Below are positions 28,409 to 36,740 of a DNA stretch of 62,649 bases, one piece after another (within the stretch, counting starts at the first letter, position 1; every line of letters begins with the position of its first letter). The stretch lies in IMG/VR virus record IMGVR_UViG_3300018083_000030, positions 1-62,649 of that record; one strand, given 5' to 3'. This DNA is from a virus (taxonomy: Duplodnaviria; Caudoviricetes). Below the pieces are notes generated by a model. It was given only the letters and a program-made list of their open reading frames with translations. It did not search any database and was not told where the DNA came from. The position numbers were made by a program, and so were the translations under genes.

Positions 28409-28617
28409 CGGTGCTTATGCCTTACATGTGCGCGCCGGACGTCGGGGATCCTGGGCTGGGCGACCTCATGACCGCTGCGGAAAACCGTGTGGCGTAAATG
28501 ATGCGACAGCGAGTGCCACAAGTCCGATTCCGTGTTCCCGATCAATTTGCGCAACGCCCGAAAATCTTCGTAGGCGTGGCAAGCGTGGCGATGGATTGCG
28601 TCCCGGTTCGTCCACAT
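28405..28617 (-). CDS. His-rich hypothetical protein
   Basis: MWTNRDAIHRHACH...; GGGGA RBS and ATGA coupling to terS. Confidence 0.45.
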   Translation of the reverse strand: MWTNRDAIHRHACHAYEDFRALRKLIGNTESDLWHSLSHHLRHTVFRSGHEVAQPRIPDVRRAHVRHKHR

Positions 28618-28627
28618 TGGATCCCCC

Positions 28628-29416
28628 ATGCTGCACGTCGTTGACGATAAGACCGCACCCGACAAGGTGCAACAACAGAGAAGGCTTGGCCTTCCGTTCA
28701 CCGTCGTCACCGGCACGCTCGACGTCGGCCGCGTGCTGGTCGAGGCCATGCGCGAGGGTTTGCCGCTCGACAACGTCGCCGTCCTGTCGTGGAACAACGG
28801 CACCAGCCTGCGCCACGCCACCCGGATCACCGTGGCCAAGGCGCAAGGCTATCCGCCCGACTTGCCGCTCGACGACATGATCGCCGGGGCCGACCCGGAG
28901 GTGATCGGCTCGGTCTGGCAAGTGATCGATGCGCACAGCTGGGACCGCCGGCCGCCGATGACGGGCGACCACCGCCGCGCCGTGACCGACGAATATGTCG
29001 AGCTAATCCGCCGGGTGAGCGAGGAGTCCGACCCGACGTTTCTGCGCGGCGTGCGCCGGCAGATCGAAACCGCGATCCGGCTTTCGATCAAATCCCGGCT
29101 TGACGAACTAACCTTGCACGAAGCCTGCCGCCGCGCCGGTGCTGCCGGCAAGCGCCTGCCGGCGTGGTCGTTCATTTGCGAGGCCGTCGACTATTTCGGC
29201 GAATACAAGCGCCAGGAGAGCGTCGCCGATCTTGCCGACCACCTCGCCGCCAAGCTCGAGCCGGTGCCCGCCTGCACGCTCGCCCTGATCGATGACGCGG
29301 GCGCGATTCCGTTGCTCGGCCTGCGCGCGCTGCGCCGGCTGTTGCCGCACGCCTCTTTCGTGCTCGCCGGCATGGACGGCGAAGACGCGACTCGACGCGC
29401 CAAAAGCATCTTTTGA
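28628..29416 (+). CDS. Degenerate, truncated UvrD/SF1 helicase-like protein
   Basis: Ordered remnants of SF1 motifs: VAVLSWNN (Ia), DLADHL (DF.D.L), LALIDDAGAIPLL (II), FVLAG (III); no intact Walker A. Confidence 0.5.
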   Translation: MLHVVDDKTAPDKVQQQRRLGLPFTVVTGTLDVGRVLVEAMREGLPLDNVAVLSWNNGTSLRHATRITVAKAQGYPPDLPLDDMIAGADPEVIGSVWQVIDAHSWDRRPPMTGDHRRAVTDEYVELIRRVSEESDPTFLRGVRRQIETAIRLSIKSRLDELTLHEACRRAGAAGKRLPAWSFICEAVDYFGEYKRQESVADLADHLAAKLEPVPACTLALIDDAGAIPLLGLRALRRLLPHASFVLAGMDGEDATRRAKSIF

Positions 29417-29490
29417 AATTATTTTCGCATTGATGCCATTCGCCGATTTCCGCTGAAACCGCCCGACGCAAACGACGCGACTCAAGGCCG

Positions 29491-29499
29491 TGTTATAAT
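29491..29499 (+). promoter_or_regulatory. Extended -10 promoter TGnTATAAT
   Basis: Exact TGTTATAAT about 60 bp upstream of ATG 29558 in a GC-rich genome. Confidence 0.55.
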
Positions 29500-29557
29500 G
29501 CTTGCATCGGTCGGGAATGATCCCGGGCGAGTTGTTTGAAACGTGAAAGGATACGCC

Positions 29558-29965
29558 ATGCGCCGAAAGCGCAAAGCAAAGCTATCGAAGATCCAAGAGC
29601 ACCAGAACGAAACCAACAAGTGGCTCGCCAAGCGCGACGCCGCCATCGCCATGCTGGTGAAATCGATGGGCCACCTTGTGCGGCTCGACCGCACCGGCCG
29701 GCGTTTGCAGAAAGCGGCGTTGCACCCGGTGCAACAGGACATCGCCGACAAGCTAAACAAGGCGACGAAGCGAAAGCGTTTGTTGCCGGAACTTGGAACG
29801 ATATTGCAAGGCAAGCCGGCATCGGCGGCGGCCCCGATTGAACCGCCGCCGACCGCCGATCCCCCGCCCGATAACGAAGCCCGGATGAAAGCCGCCGGCT
29901 TTCGACCGCGCAAAAAAGCCCGCCGGAATGCGGAACACTCCGACGGGTTAGATACGAGCCAATGA
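29558..29965 (+). CDS. Basic hypothetical protein
   Basis: AAAGGA RBS, MRRKRKAK; flanked by a promoter and a terminator. Confidence 0.65.
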   Translation: MRRKRKAKLSKIQEHQNETNKWLAKRDAAIAMLVKSMGHLVRLDRTGRRLQKAALHPVQQDIADKLNKATKRKRLLPELGTILQGKPASAAAPIEPPPTADPPPDNEARMKAAGFRPRKKARRNAEHSDGLDTSQ

Positions 29966-30000
29966 CAACGGCACAATAAAGGCCGACACCGACACGTCAA

Positions 30001-30037
30001 CCCCCCGGGATATCCACACCCGGGGGGAATTTTTTTG
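30001..30037 (+). terminator. Intrinsic terminator
   Basis: CCCCCCGGG-N9-CCCGGGGGG followed by AATTTTTTT. Confidence 0.7.
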
Positions 30038-30096
30038 CCCGCCGTCAACCCGCGACGTGTTAATGATTCGCCGTCGCTGAATCCCCGGAAAACCCG

Positions 30097-30960
30097 ATGG
30101 CCGAAACCACCAAAATCGAATGGTGCGACTCGACGCTGAATCCCTGGATCGGGTGCCAGAACGTCTCGCCCGGCTGCGAGCATTGCTATGCCGAAGAGAT
30201 GAACGGCTATCGCAAGTGGACGGAATGGGGGCCGCACGGCGTGCGCCGCCGCACCTCGCCGTCGACCTGGGCGAAGGTCAACGACTACGAACGCAACGCC
30301 GCCGCGTTCCAGCGCAAGCACGGCCGCCGGCAACGGGTGTTCTGCGCGTCGCTCGCCGACGTGTTCGACAACAAAGCACCCGACGGCGCGCGCGATGACC
30401 TGTGGCACCTGATCCGCCGGTGCCCGAACGTCGATTTCCTGTTGCTGACCAAGCGACCGCAAAACATCCGCAAGATGCTGCCGGCCGACTGGGGATCGCG
30501 CTTCGGCTACCCGAACGTGTGGCTTGGCACCACGACCGAAGACGCCGAACACTACCAGCAACGCTGGCCGGTGCTCGCCGCCGTGCCCGCGACCATCCGG
30601 TTCATCTCATACGAACCCGCCGTGGGGCCGCTCGGCCCGCTGCAAGTCATGTCGGCGTTGACCGAATACGGTGCGCGCGTGCCCGACTGGGTGATCGCTG
30701 GCGGCGAATCCGGCCCGCGTGCCCGCCGCATGAATCCCGACTGGGCGCGAGCCGCGCGCGATCAATGCGTGCCGCTGGGCGTCGCATTCTTTTTCAAGCA
30801 ATGGGGCAGCTGGCCCAGCAACCCGGCGCGCGAGGCCGACAACCCGCTAAATGGCAAGGGCGGCGGCTTGCTCGACGGCCGGCTGTGGCGCGAATTCCCG
30901 CAACAAAAAACGGCACCGCGCGATGCGATGCCGTTGCAGAATTCGGAGTTGCCGTTTTAG
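30097..30960 (+). CDS. Gp37/Gp68 (DUF5131) radical-SAM-like three-Cys protein
   Basis: TKIEWCD.TLNPWIGCQNVSPGCEHCYA, VFCASLADVF, LLTKRP, RFISYEP, DWVIAGGESG, FFFKQWG. Confidence 0.95.
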   Translation: MAETTKIEWCDSTLNPWIGCQNVSPGCEHCYAEEMNGYRKWTEWGPHGVRRRTSPSTWAKVNDYERNAAAFQRKHGRRQRVFCASLADVFDNKAPDGARDDLWHLIRRCPNVDFLLLTKRPQNIRKMLPADWGSRFGYPNVWLGTTTEDAEHYQQRWPVLAAVPATIRFISYEPAVGPLGPLQVMSALTEYGARVPDWVIAGGESGPRARRMNPDWARAARDQCVPLGVAFFFKQWGSWPSNPAREADNPLNGKGGGLLDGRLWREFPQQKTAPRDAMPLQNSELPF

Positions 30961-31124
30961 CGGTCGCGCTTGTCGCTTGGATTCTGGTCGCCTTGTCCCG
31001 GCTGGCCCGGGTTCTGCTGTCCCGGCTTGTCGCCCGGATAACGCGGTTGCGCCGTTCCCGGCTGTGGCTTGCCCTGTTCGTTCTTGTTCTTGTCGTCCTC
31101 TTGCTCGCGTGGATTCTCGCCCAT
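30957..31124 (-). CDS. Hydrophilic Q/P/G-rich stress-type small protein
   Basis: GAGG RBS; MGENPREQEDDKNKNEQGKPQPG...QQNPGQPGQGDQNP. Confidence 0.6.
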   Translation of the reverse strand: MGENPREQEDDKNKNEQGKPQPGTAQPRYPGDKPGQQNPGQPGQGDQNPSDKRDR

Positions 31125-31157
31125 GGGGGTTTCCTCTTCGTGTGCAGTAGCGGAATC

Positions 31158-31182
31158 AACTCGGCCCTGGCGACGATGTTCC
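31158..31182 (-). promoter_or_regulatory. Putative sigma-EcfG (general stress) promoter
   Basis: GGAAC-N16-AGTT upstream of the hydrophilic small gene; alphaproteobacterial consensus is GGAAC-N16/17-(C)GTT. Confidence 0.55.
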
Positions 31183-31230
31183 CAGCGTGCCAGTAATGCG
31201 GCGCAGCGTGCGCACACGGGGGAATCTCCC

Positions 31231-31413
31231 ATGTCAGTGAAGCTTACCAATATCGCCGGCCGCGACCTCGAAGTTGACGACGGCGCGGGTGGCCGGCTCA
31301 TTATTCCCGCCGGGCACACCGTCGCCTATCTCGCCGACATTGCCAGCGACGACGTGCGCCAACTACTTGCCGGCGGCCAACTCAAGATCGAGGACGACTC
31401 CGACGGCGCGTGA
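31231..31413 (+). CDS. Small hypothetical protein
   Basis: GGGGA RBS; MSVKLTNIAGRDLEV... Confidence 0.6.
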   Translation: MSVKLTNIAGRDLEVDDGAGGRLIIPAGHTVAYLADIASDDVRQLLAGGQLKIEDDSDGA

Positions 31414-31608
31414 TTATTTGCACGCCGGCAAGCTCGGATAACGCGCGCACACCTTGCGCTTGACCGTGCTGTAAGCCGACTTGCCGCTGGCGCGCGCCAG
31501 CGCGTTGGCCGCGTGCGAGCGGTCGTGGATCGGATAGGCGCGCTTGCCGGGGAGCGCGAACGATGACTTGGGGAGACTGTTGCGCTTTGCCGCTTTGAGC
31601 TTGGCCAT
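31414..31608 (-). CDS. DUF6582-like small basic protein
   Basis: KRNSLPKSSFALPGKRAYPIHDRSHAANALAR; GGAGG RBS. Confidence 0.75.
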   Translation of the reverse strand: MAKLKAAKRNSLPKSSFALPGKRAYPIHDRSHAANALARASGKSAYSTVKRKVCARYPSLPACK

Positions 31609-31630
31609 GGCGATGACCTCCGGTTAATCT

Positions 31631-31658
31631 GGATTAGCTAATCAATATTAGCTAATCC
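31631..31658. promoter_or_regulatory. Double palindrome, operator-like
   Basis: GGATTAGCTAATCAATATTAGCTAATCC contains two ATTAGCTAAT palindromes between divergent genes. Confidence 0.5.
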
Positions 31659-31681
31659 ATCGCAGATCCCAAGGGGTTGGC

Positions 31682-32251
31682 ATGCCCGCCACCGTTCACG
31701 ACGACAACCGCCCGATTGAATCGCTGCGCCCAGATCCGCAGAACGCGCGCCGGCACCCGCCGTCGCAGATCACGCAAATTGCCGCCAGCATCAAGCGGTT
31801 CGGCATGGTCGCCCCGCTGGTCATCCGCCCCGACGGGACGCTGATCGGCGGCGAGGCCACGTTGACCGCCTGCAAAAACCTCGGCCACCGCTCGATTGCG
31901 TGCCGTGTGGTCGACGGCCTGTCCGACACGCAATACCGCGCGCTCGGGCTGGCGTTGAATCGCTTGCCGGAGCAATCGACCTGGGATGACGGCTTGCTGG
32001 CGGAAACGCTGCGCGAGCTTGAACGCGAGGACATCGTGGCCGCCGGCTTTTCCGACTCCGACCTTGTGAAGCTCGCCGCCGAACCGGAGCCGATCACGGT
32101 GGAAGAAATCGACACGTCGGTCGTGTTCGATGAATTTTGGATTTCGGTGCGCGGCCCGCTGAAACATCAAGCCGACATGCTGGCCGCGCTGCAAAAGGCG
32201 GCCAAGCAACTCGACGGCGTGACCGTCGACCTCGGGGTGATATCGCTGTGA
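31682..32251 (+). CDS. ParB/Srx-like N-terminal domain protein
   Basis: L.P.PQNARRHP..QI.QIAASIKRFG..P, LALNRL.E.STWD..LL. The usual IAGHGR reads IGGEAT, and there is no fused methylase. Confidence 0.85.
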   Translation: MPATVHDDNRPIESLRPDPQNARRHPPSQITQIAASIKRFGMVAPLVIRPDGTLIGGEATLTACKNLGHRSIACRVVDGLSDTQYRALGLALNRLPEQSTWDDGLLAETLRELEREDIVAAGFSDSDLVKLAAEPEPITVEEIDTSVVFDEFWISVRGPLKHQADMLAALQKAAKQLDGVTVDLGVISL

Positions 32252-32439
32252 AGCTCAAATTTCGCGACGGCTTCGATTGGCGGCGCGTCGCTTGGGGGCG
32301 GCCCGATAGTCGAGTGCGCCCGTTGTGTTCGTATTGCCACGGCGCATTGCCGGAGGTGCCGTTGATGCTCTGGCGCGACGACGGCAGCGCCATGCAGCTG
32401 TGCGACGATTGCGTCGACCAATGGGTAACCAGCGGATGA
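32248..32439 (+). CDS. Small Zn-finger protein
   Basis: CSYC...LCDDC; coupled by GTGA and ATGA overlaps. Confidence 0.65.
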   Translation: MKLKFRDGFDWRRVAWGRPDSRVRPLCSYCHGALPEVPLMLWRDDGSAMQLCDDCVDQWVTSG

Positions 32440-33041
32440 AGGCGCGCCGCCCGTTCAACGTCAACAAGTACAAGACCGACAACACGTTCGCCGCCACGCC
32501 GGCCAAGGTCGAGATCCGGCGCAACGTGCTCGACGCCGTAGGCGCACCGGCGCGGGTGTTCGACGCTTTCGCCGGCCCGGGCGAACTCTATTCGCTGGTG
32601 TGGTCGCAGGCCGCCGCATACACCGGCTGCGACGTGCGATGGTTCAACGATCACCGCCGCATGTTCGTCGGCGACAATCGCCGGGTGCTGCGCGCCATCG
32701 ATCTAGCCGCCTTCAATATCTTCGACCTCGACGCCTATGGCTCGCCGTGGGAACAAGCCATCATCATCGCTGCACGCCGCCCGCTGCGCGGCGAACGCCT
32801 TGGCCTGGTTCTCACCGACGGGCTGGAAATGCAGTTCAAGATGAACGGAGTCCCGGCAGCGGTGTCGCTGCTGACCGGGCTGCGTCCCGACGTGCAAGTG
32901 GGCTTGGGCCGCCGGCCCGAAGCCGTGCTCGACCGCTGCATTGCCGGGCTGGCCGAACGCTTCGGCGCGCGGGTGACGAAGCAATGGCGCGCGTCGAACC
33001 GCCGGACGGCCAGCTATGTCGGGCTGGTGCTCGAAAGCTAA
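32436..33041 (+). CDS. Class I SAM-dependent methyltransferase (TcmP/Trm1-like)
   Basis: Motif I VFDAFAGPG and DLDAYGSP. Confidence 0.75.
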   Translation: MKARRPFNVNKYKTDNTFAATPAKVEIRRNVLDAVGAPARVFDAFAGPGELYSLVWSQAAAYTGCDVRWFNDHRRMFVGDNRRVLRAIDLAAFNIFDLDAYGSPWEQAIIIAARRPLRGERLGLVLTDGLEMQFKMNGVPAAVSLLTGLRPDVQVGLGRRPEAVLDRCIAGLAERFGARVTKQWRASNRRTASYVGLVLES

Positions 33042-33042
33042 T

Positions 33043-33071
33043 CGACTCAGAACCGACTCAGAACCGACTCA
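33043..33071. repeat. 11-bp tandem repeat (CGACTCAGAAC) x2.6
   Basis: Directly visible between convergent genes. Confidence 0.8.
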
Positions 33072-33236
33072 TCGCCGCACCCGTGCAACCTCGATCTGCG
33101 CCAGTTCCAGGGCGCGGCGCAATGCGGCGTTTTCCATTCGCAGCCGCGTGACCTCGGCGGTCATGCAGATCGGGCACAAGCCGTCGGTGGCGGCGGTGAG
33201 TTGTTCGGCGATATCATGCCGGCAAGCGTCGGTCAT
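33069..33236 (-). CDS. Small Cys/coiled-coil protein
   Basis: MTDACRHD...LCPIC; ATGA coupling. Confidence 0.55.
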   Translation of the reverse strand: MTDACRHDIAEQLTAATDGLCPICMTAEVTRLRMENAALRRALELAQIEVARVRR

Positions 33237-33589
33237 GGCTTGGCGGTCGGTTGGTCGAACAGACTCGGCTGCACGGGTTGCTGCGGTCGGTTGTGATTGA
33301 CGCCCCACAGCTTCACCATTTTTTTGGTGTTGGGATTGCGGATCTCGCCGACTTCGACAAGGAATCCGTCGCGCGTTAGATCGCTGCGGCGTTTGCGCCA
33401 CTTGCCGTTCCGAGTGCCGCCCAGTTCGATTTCCATTTGGAAATCCGCGAACGATTTCGGATCGGCGTTAAAGAACAGCTGCCACACCGTCGCGCGATCC
33501 TTGATCTTGGCAGCGTCGAGCTTGGCGGCGGCGTGGCTGGTGTTGGGATCGGAATTGCGTGCGTTGAATTCGGGCGGATCGTCGGCCAT
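33233..33589 (-). CDS. Winged-helix-like DNA-binding protein
   Basis: ARNSDPNTSHAAA and RKRRSDL.RDG.LV, a common phage wHTH family. Confidence 0.65.
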   Translation of the reverse strand: MADDPPEFNARNSDPNTSHAAAKLDAAKIKDRATVWQLFFNADPKSFADFQMEIELGGTRNGKWRKRRSDLTRDGFLVEVGEIRNPNTKKMVKLWGVNHNRPQQPVQPSLFDQPTAKP

Positions 33590-33601
33590 ATCAGGCCCCC
33601 A

Positions 33602-34102
33602 TCATTCGGCCGCGACCAGACGCGGCCGGAACGGCTGTTCTTCCACCGGCCGTTCGTCCCTCTTTTCTTTTTTCTGCAACCGCTCGAGCCGGGACGCCGA
33701 CACCTTGCGCGCGCCTTTCAGTTGCTTGCGTAGCTTGCGGTTCTCGGCGTCAAGCTCGACGGCGCGCTGATCCTGCCACGTGCCATGCAGCACCTCGCCC
33801 AGCGCCGTCACCGCCCATTCGAAGATGTTGTCGTCGGGCTTCATTCTTGTCACGCCCCAATGCGGGTTGTGAAAATGTTCACGCACCGAAATGTCGCCGC
33901 AGATGTGATTGTATTTGACTTGCAGCGGTGCGGGATGCAATCGGCACCAGCCGTCGATCTTGCCGTGAGCTTTGATGTAGTTGATCGCGGTGTGCTGATT
34001 CCACTTGTTGCCGCAGTGAGCTTGGCACCGCCCGGCTTCGCGGTCGGCCTTGTGCTCGGCTGGCTCGGTCGGCTGGAAATACTGGCAGATCATGCACGGC
34101 AT
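33602..34102 (-). CDS. Cys-rich hypothetical protein
   Basis: C..C.YF...GWCRLHP...CG; GGAGG RBS. Confidence 0.6.
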   Translation of the reverse strand: MPCMICQYFQPTEPAEHKADREAGRCQAHCGNKWNQHTAINYIKAHGKIDGWCRLHPAPLQVKYNHICGDISVREHFHNPHWGVTRMKPDDNIFEWAVTALGEVLHGTWQDQRAVELDAENRKLRKQLKGARKVSASRLERLQKKEKRDERPVEEQPFRPRLVAAE

Positions 34103-34129
34103 TGTCCGTCCTCCTGTTGTCGTTCCCTT

Positions 34130-34333
34130 TCACGTCGCCTCGCCGCGTAGCTCGGCGATCAACTTGCGCAAGCGTTCCTCTTCCTCCTTCGGAATCAAGC
34201 GCCGGCCGCCGAAGTGCACGACCTTGACGTGGCCTTGGTTGACGTCGTCGTAAAGCCCGCTGCGCGATATGCCCAGCCGCTTGGCCACCGCGTCGATGCT
34301 GCGCTCGGCGAACGGCGACGTGCGGCGGATCAT
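34130..34333 (-). CDS. Excisionase-like HTH protein
   Basis: SIDAVAKRLGISRSGLY...G.VKVVHFGGRRLIP. Confidence 0.75.
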   Translation of the reverse strand: MIRRTSPFAERSIDAVAKRLGISRSGLYDDVNQGHVKVVHFGGRRLIPKEEEERLRKLIAELRGEAT

Positions 34334-34536
34334 GTGATTGCCGCCAGCGCGCGTTGCAGCTTACGCCGGGACGCGACCAGATTCTTGCCCAGCTTGCCGA
34401 TGGGCAACCGCTTGGTGCGGGCGGCGTAGTACACGTGCTTTTCCTTGACCCCTAGAAACGCCGCGATAGCCGCCGCCCCGACCAATAGATCGTCGGCCGG
34501 CCGCTCGCCGGCCGCCCTGTCGCTGTCCACCGCCAT
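34330..34536 (-). CDS. Second excisionase-like DNA-binding protein
   Basis: DLLVGAAAIAAFLG...VYY...LPIGKLG...ASR, typical of alphaproteobacterial mobile elements. Confidence 0.7.
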   Translation of the reverse strand: MAVDSDRAAGERPADDLLVGAAAIAAFLGVKEKHVYYAARTKRLPIGKLGKNLVASRRKLQRALAAIT

Positions 34537-34559
34537 GCCGCACCTGTGATTCGAATGCG

Positions 34560-34945
34560 CCATGGTGCCCCAGCTTGCCACCTATTCCAACGCCCTGCCG
34601 CTTGTTCCTCCACAGGCCCGGCGAGCCATGCCGGCATCCGGCATAGCTGCCGCACGCGGGGCGTGCCGGCCCTTCCATGTGCCACCCGTGTGGCGTCCAC
34701 GAGCCGGCATATAGTGGAAATCATTGATAACAATTGGGAATTATTGGCAAGCTGTGGAAATGCCGTTGCCACATAGAAAACCGCGACTTGTGCCCGTTTC
34801 ATAGGGTTTTGCGCTGGTTTTGCCCCCGGAATCCGTCATTTCAGAAGTCCGCAGAACGCCGTTGATATTGCTCACGAATTTTCGTCCTTGTGCTATCGCC
34901 GTGGCACCCCTATATTCCGTCTTACCAAACAGTGCCACACGCACC
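34560..34945. other. Candidate attP / divergent control region
   Basis: Lower-GC non-coding gap between the xis-like genes and the integrase operon, with repeated TGCCAC/GTGGCA motifs (arm-site-like). No core site identified. Confidence 0.35.
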
Positions 34946-34957
34946 CAACAAGGACCA

Positions 34958-35185
34958 ATGACAATGACCGTCGTTCGTGAATTCTCCCCCTGCGGCCCGT
35001 GCCTCACCCTCGGCGCGCTCGTTCGGGAAACCGCGCAATTCTACTGCTACGCCGACCGTGCCGACGGCACCCAACGCAAGATCCGCAAGCCCACCCCGGG
35101 CAACTGGTCAAAGGCCCACGTCGAGCCTTGCGTGTCGTGCCGCGACCACGCCCGGACCCAATACCCCCACGGCTATCAAGACTGA
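34958..35185 (+). CDS. Small hypothetical protein
   Basis: AAGGA RBS; H.EPC.SCRDH...QYPHGY. Confidence 0.65.
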   Translation: MTMTVVREFSPCGPCLTLGALVRETAQFYCYADRADGTQRKIRKPTPGNWSKAHVEPCVSCRDHARTQYPHGYQD

Positions 35186-35205
35186 TCACCCCAGAAAAAG
35201 GACCA

Positions 35206-36366
35206 ATGACAATGTCTGTTCGTAAACGCGCCTGGACCTCCCCCAACGGTGAAAAGAAAACCGGCTGGGAGGTGTCCTATTCGGTCAACGGCAAGCGGCA
35301 CCGCAAGCTGTTCGACCTGAAGAAACCCGCCGACGCTTTCCATCTGCGCGCCCGCAACGAAGTCAGCACCGGCGTGCACACCCCCGACTCGGTGTCGGTC
35401 ACCGTCGCCGAAGCCGGCGCGCGCTGGCTCGAGCATTGCGAGGCGCGCGGCATCGAACGCTCGACCATCACCGCCTATCGCCAACACCTCGCCCTGCACA
35501 TCGCCCCCTATCTCGGCGGCGTGAAGCTCTCGACCTTGACCTTGCCGATGGTGCCGGAGTTTCAAGACCGGCTGCGCGCCGACGGCCGCTCGCCGGCCAT
35601 GATCCGCAAGTCCCGCGTCGCACTCGGCGCGATCTTGAAGTTCGCCCAGAAGCGCGGCCTTGTCGGTCAGAACGTGGTGCGCTCGCTCGGCCGCGACGAC
35701 GATCACGCCACCGACCGCGCCGCCAAGCGCCCGCTGGAAATCGGCGTGGACATTCCGTCCCGCGACGAGATCCGCGCCATCGAATCCAAGCTGCCGGGCA
35801 CCCGCTATCGGGCGCTGCTGACCACCGCGTTCACGACCGGGTTGCGCGCGTCCGAACTGCGCGGGCTGCGCTGGGCCGACGTCGACCTGAAACGCGGCGA
35901 ACTGCACGTGCGCCAGCGCGCCGACCGTTACAACCGGATCGGCCGCCCCAAGTCATCGGCCGGCACCCGCTCGATCCCGTTGATGCCGATGGTCGTCGCC
36001 GTGCTGCGCGAGCACAAGCTGGCCACGCCGGCCAATGCGCTCGACCTTGTGTTCCCGAATCGCAAGGGCAAGGTCGACCACCTTGTAACCATCGCCGAAG
36101 GCTGGCGCGCGGCGCAGGAGCTTGCCGGCGTCGTCGGCCCCGACCGCGCTGCGAAATATCCCGGCCTGCACGCGATCCGCCATTTCTATGCGTCGTGGTG
36201 CATCAACCGGATTGCCGACGGCGGCCTCGAATTGCCGATGAAAGTGGTGCAGGGCCGGCTCGGCCACGCCACGATTTCGATGACCGCCGACGTCTATGGC
36301 CACCTGTTCCCGACCGCCGACCATAGCTCGGAAATGGCCACCGCCCAGCGCGCTTGGCTGGCCTGA
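35206..36366 (+). CDS. int: Tyrosine integrase
   Basis: TGLRASELRGL, PKS, HAIRH, LGH..ISMT.DVYGH catalytic residues plus an N-terminal arm-binding region. Confidence 0.95.
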   Translation: MTMSVRKRAWTSPNGEKKTGWEVSYSVNGKRHRKLFDLKKPADAFHLRARNEVSTGVHTPDSVSVTVAEAGARWLEHCEARGIERSTITAYRQHLALHIAPYLGGVKLSTLTLPMVPEFQDRLRADGRSPAMIRKSRVALGAILKFAQKRGLVGQNVVRSLGRDDDHATDRAAKRPLEIGVDIPSRDEIRAIESKLPGTRYRALLTTAFTTGLRASELRGLRWADVDLKRGELHVRQRADRYNRIGRPKSSAGTRSIPLMPMVVAVLREHKLATPANALDLVFPNRKGKVDHLVTIAEGWRAAQELAGVVGPDRAAKYPGLHAIRHFYASWCINRIADGGLELPMKVVQGRLGHATISMTADVYGHLFPTADHSSEMATAQRAWLA

Positions 36367-36414
36367 AACCGGACGGGGGCCACGGCCCCCCTCCCCCTTG
36401 TCCACAACCTTAAT

Positions 36415-36433
36415 AACCCGTGACGGGTTGACA
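36415..36433. promoter_or_regulatory. Palindromic operator-like site AACCCGTGACGGGTT overlapping TTGACA
   Basis: Perfect 15-bp palindrome; variants at 30047, 40617 and 47191. Confidence 0.6.
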
Positions 36434-36458
36434 CCCGCTTACCGAAAGATGAAAACCA

Positions 36459-36740
36459 ATGACCACGAGTCGCCACATGCCCACAAAGCACGAAGCCACC
36501 GACGCCAGCGGCAAGGTGTGGAAACGCACCTCGCAAAGCCGCGTCTATTCGCATTGCGTCGTGATCCACACGCCGGCCACGCTACCGACCGAACTGTGGC
36601 CGCGCGGCTGGCCGCCGTCGAGCAAGGCCGAATGGGCCTCGACCTTGACCAATGCCCAGAACAACGCCCGGCGCTGGCAACGCGGCCGCGAGGGTATCAC
36701 CGTGGAAATTCTGGAAGCTCGAATCGTGGGCGTCCGATGA
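36459..36740 (+). CDS. Hypothetical protein
   Basis: First ORF of a tightly coupled small-ORF run. Confidence 0.6.
   Translation: MTTSRHMPTKHEATDASGKVWKRTSQSRVYSHCVVIHTPATLPTELWPRGWPPSSKAEWASTLTNAQNNARRWQRGREGITVEILEARIVGVR

Noticed and set aside
33043-33071. Tandem 11-mer as an att or iteron site
   Set aside because: Only 2.6 copies between convergent stops; most simply a slippage duplication.
34999-35205. N-terminal extension of the integrase
   Set aside because: Overlaps a better-supported small gene; a clear RBS precedes ATG 35206.
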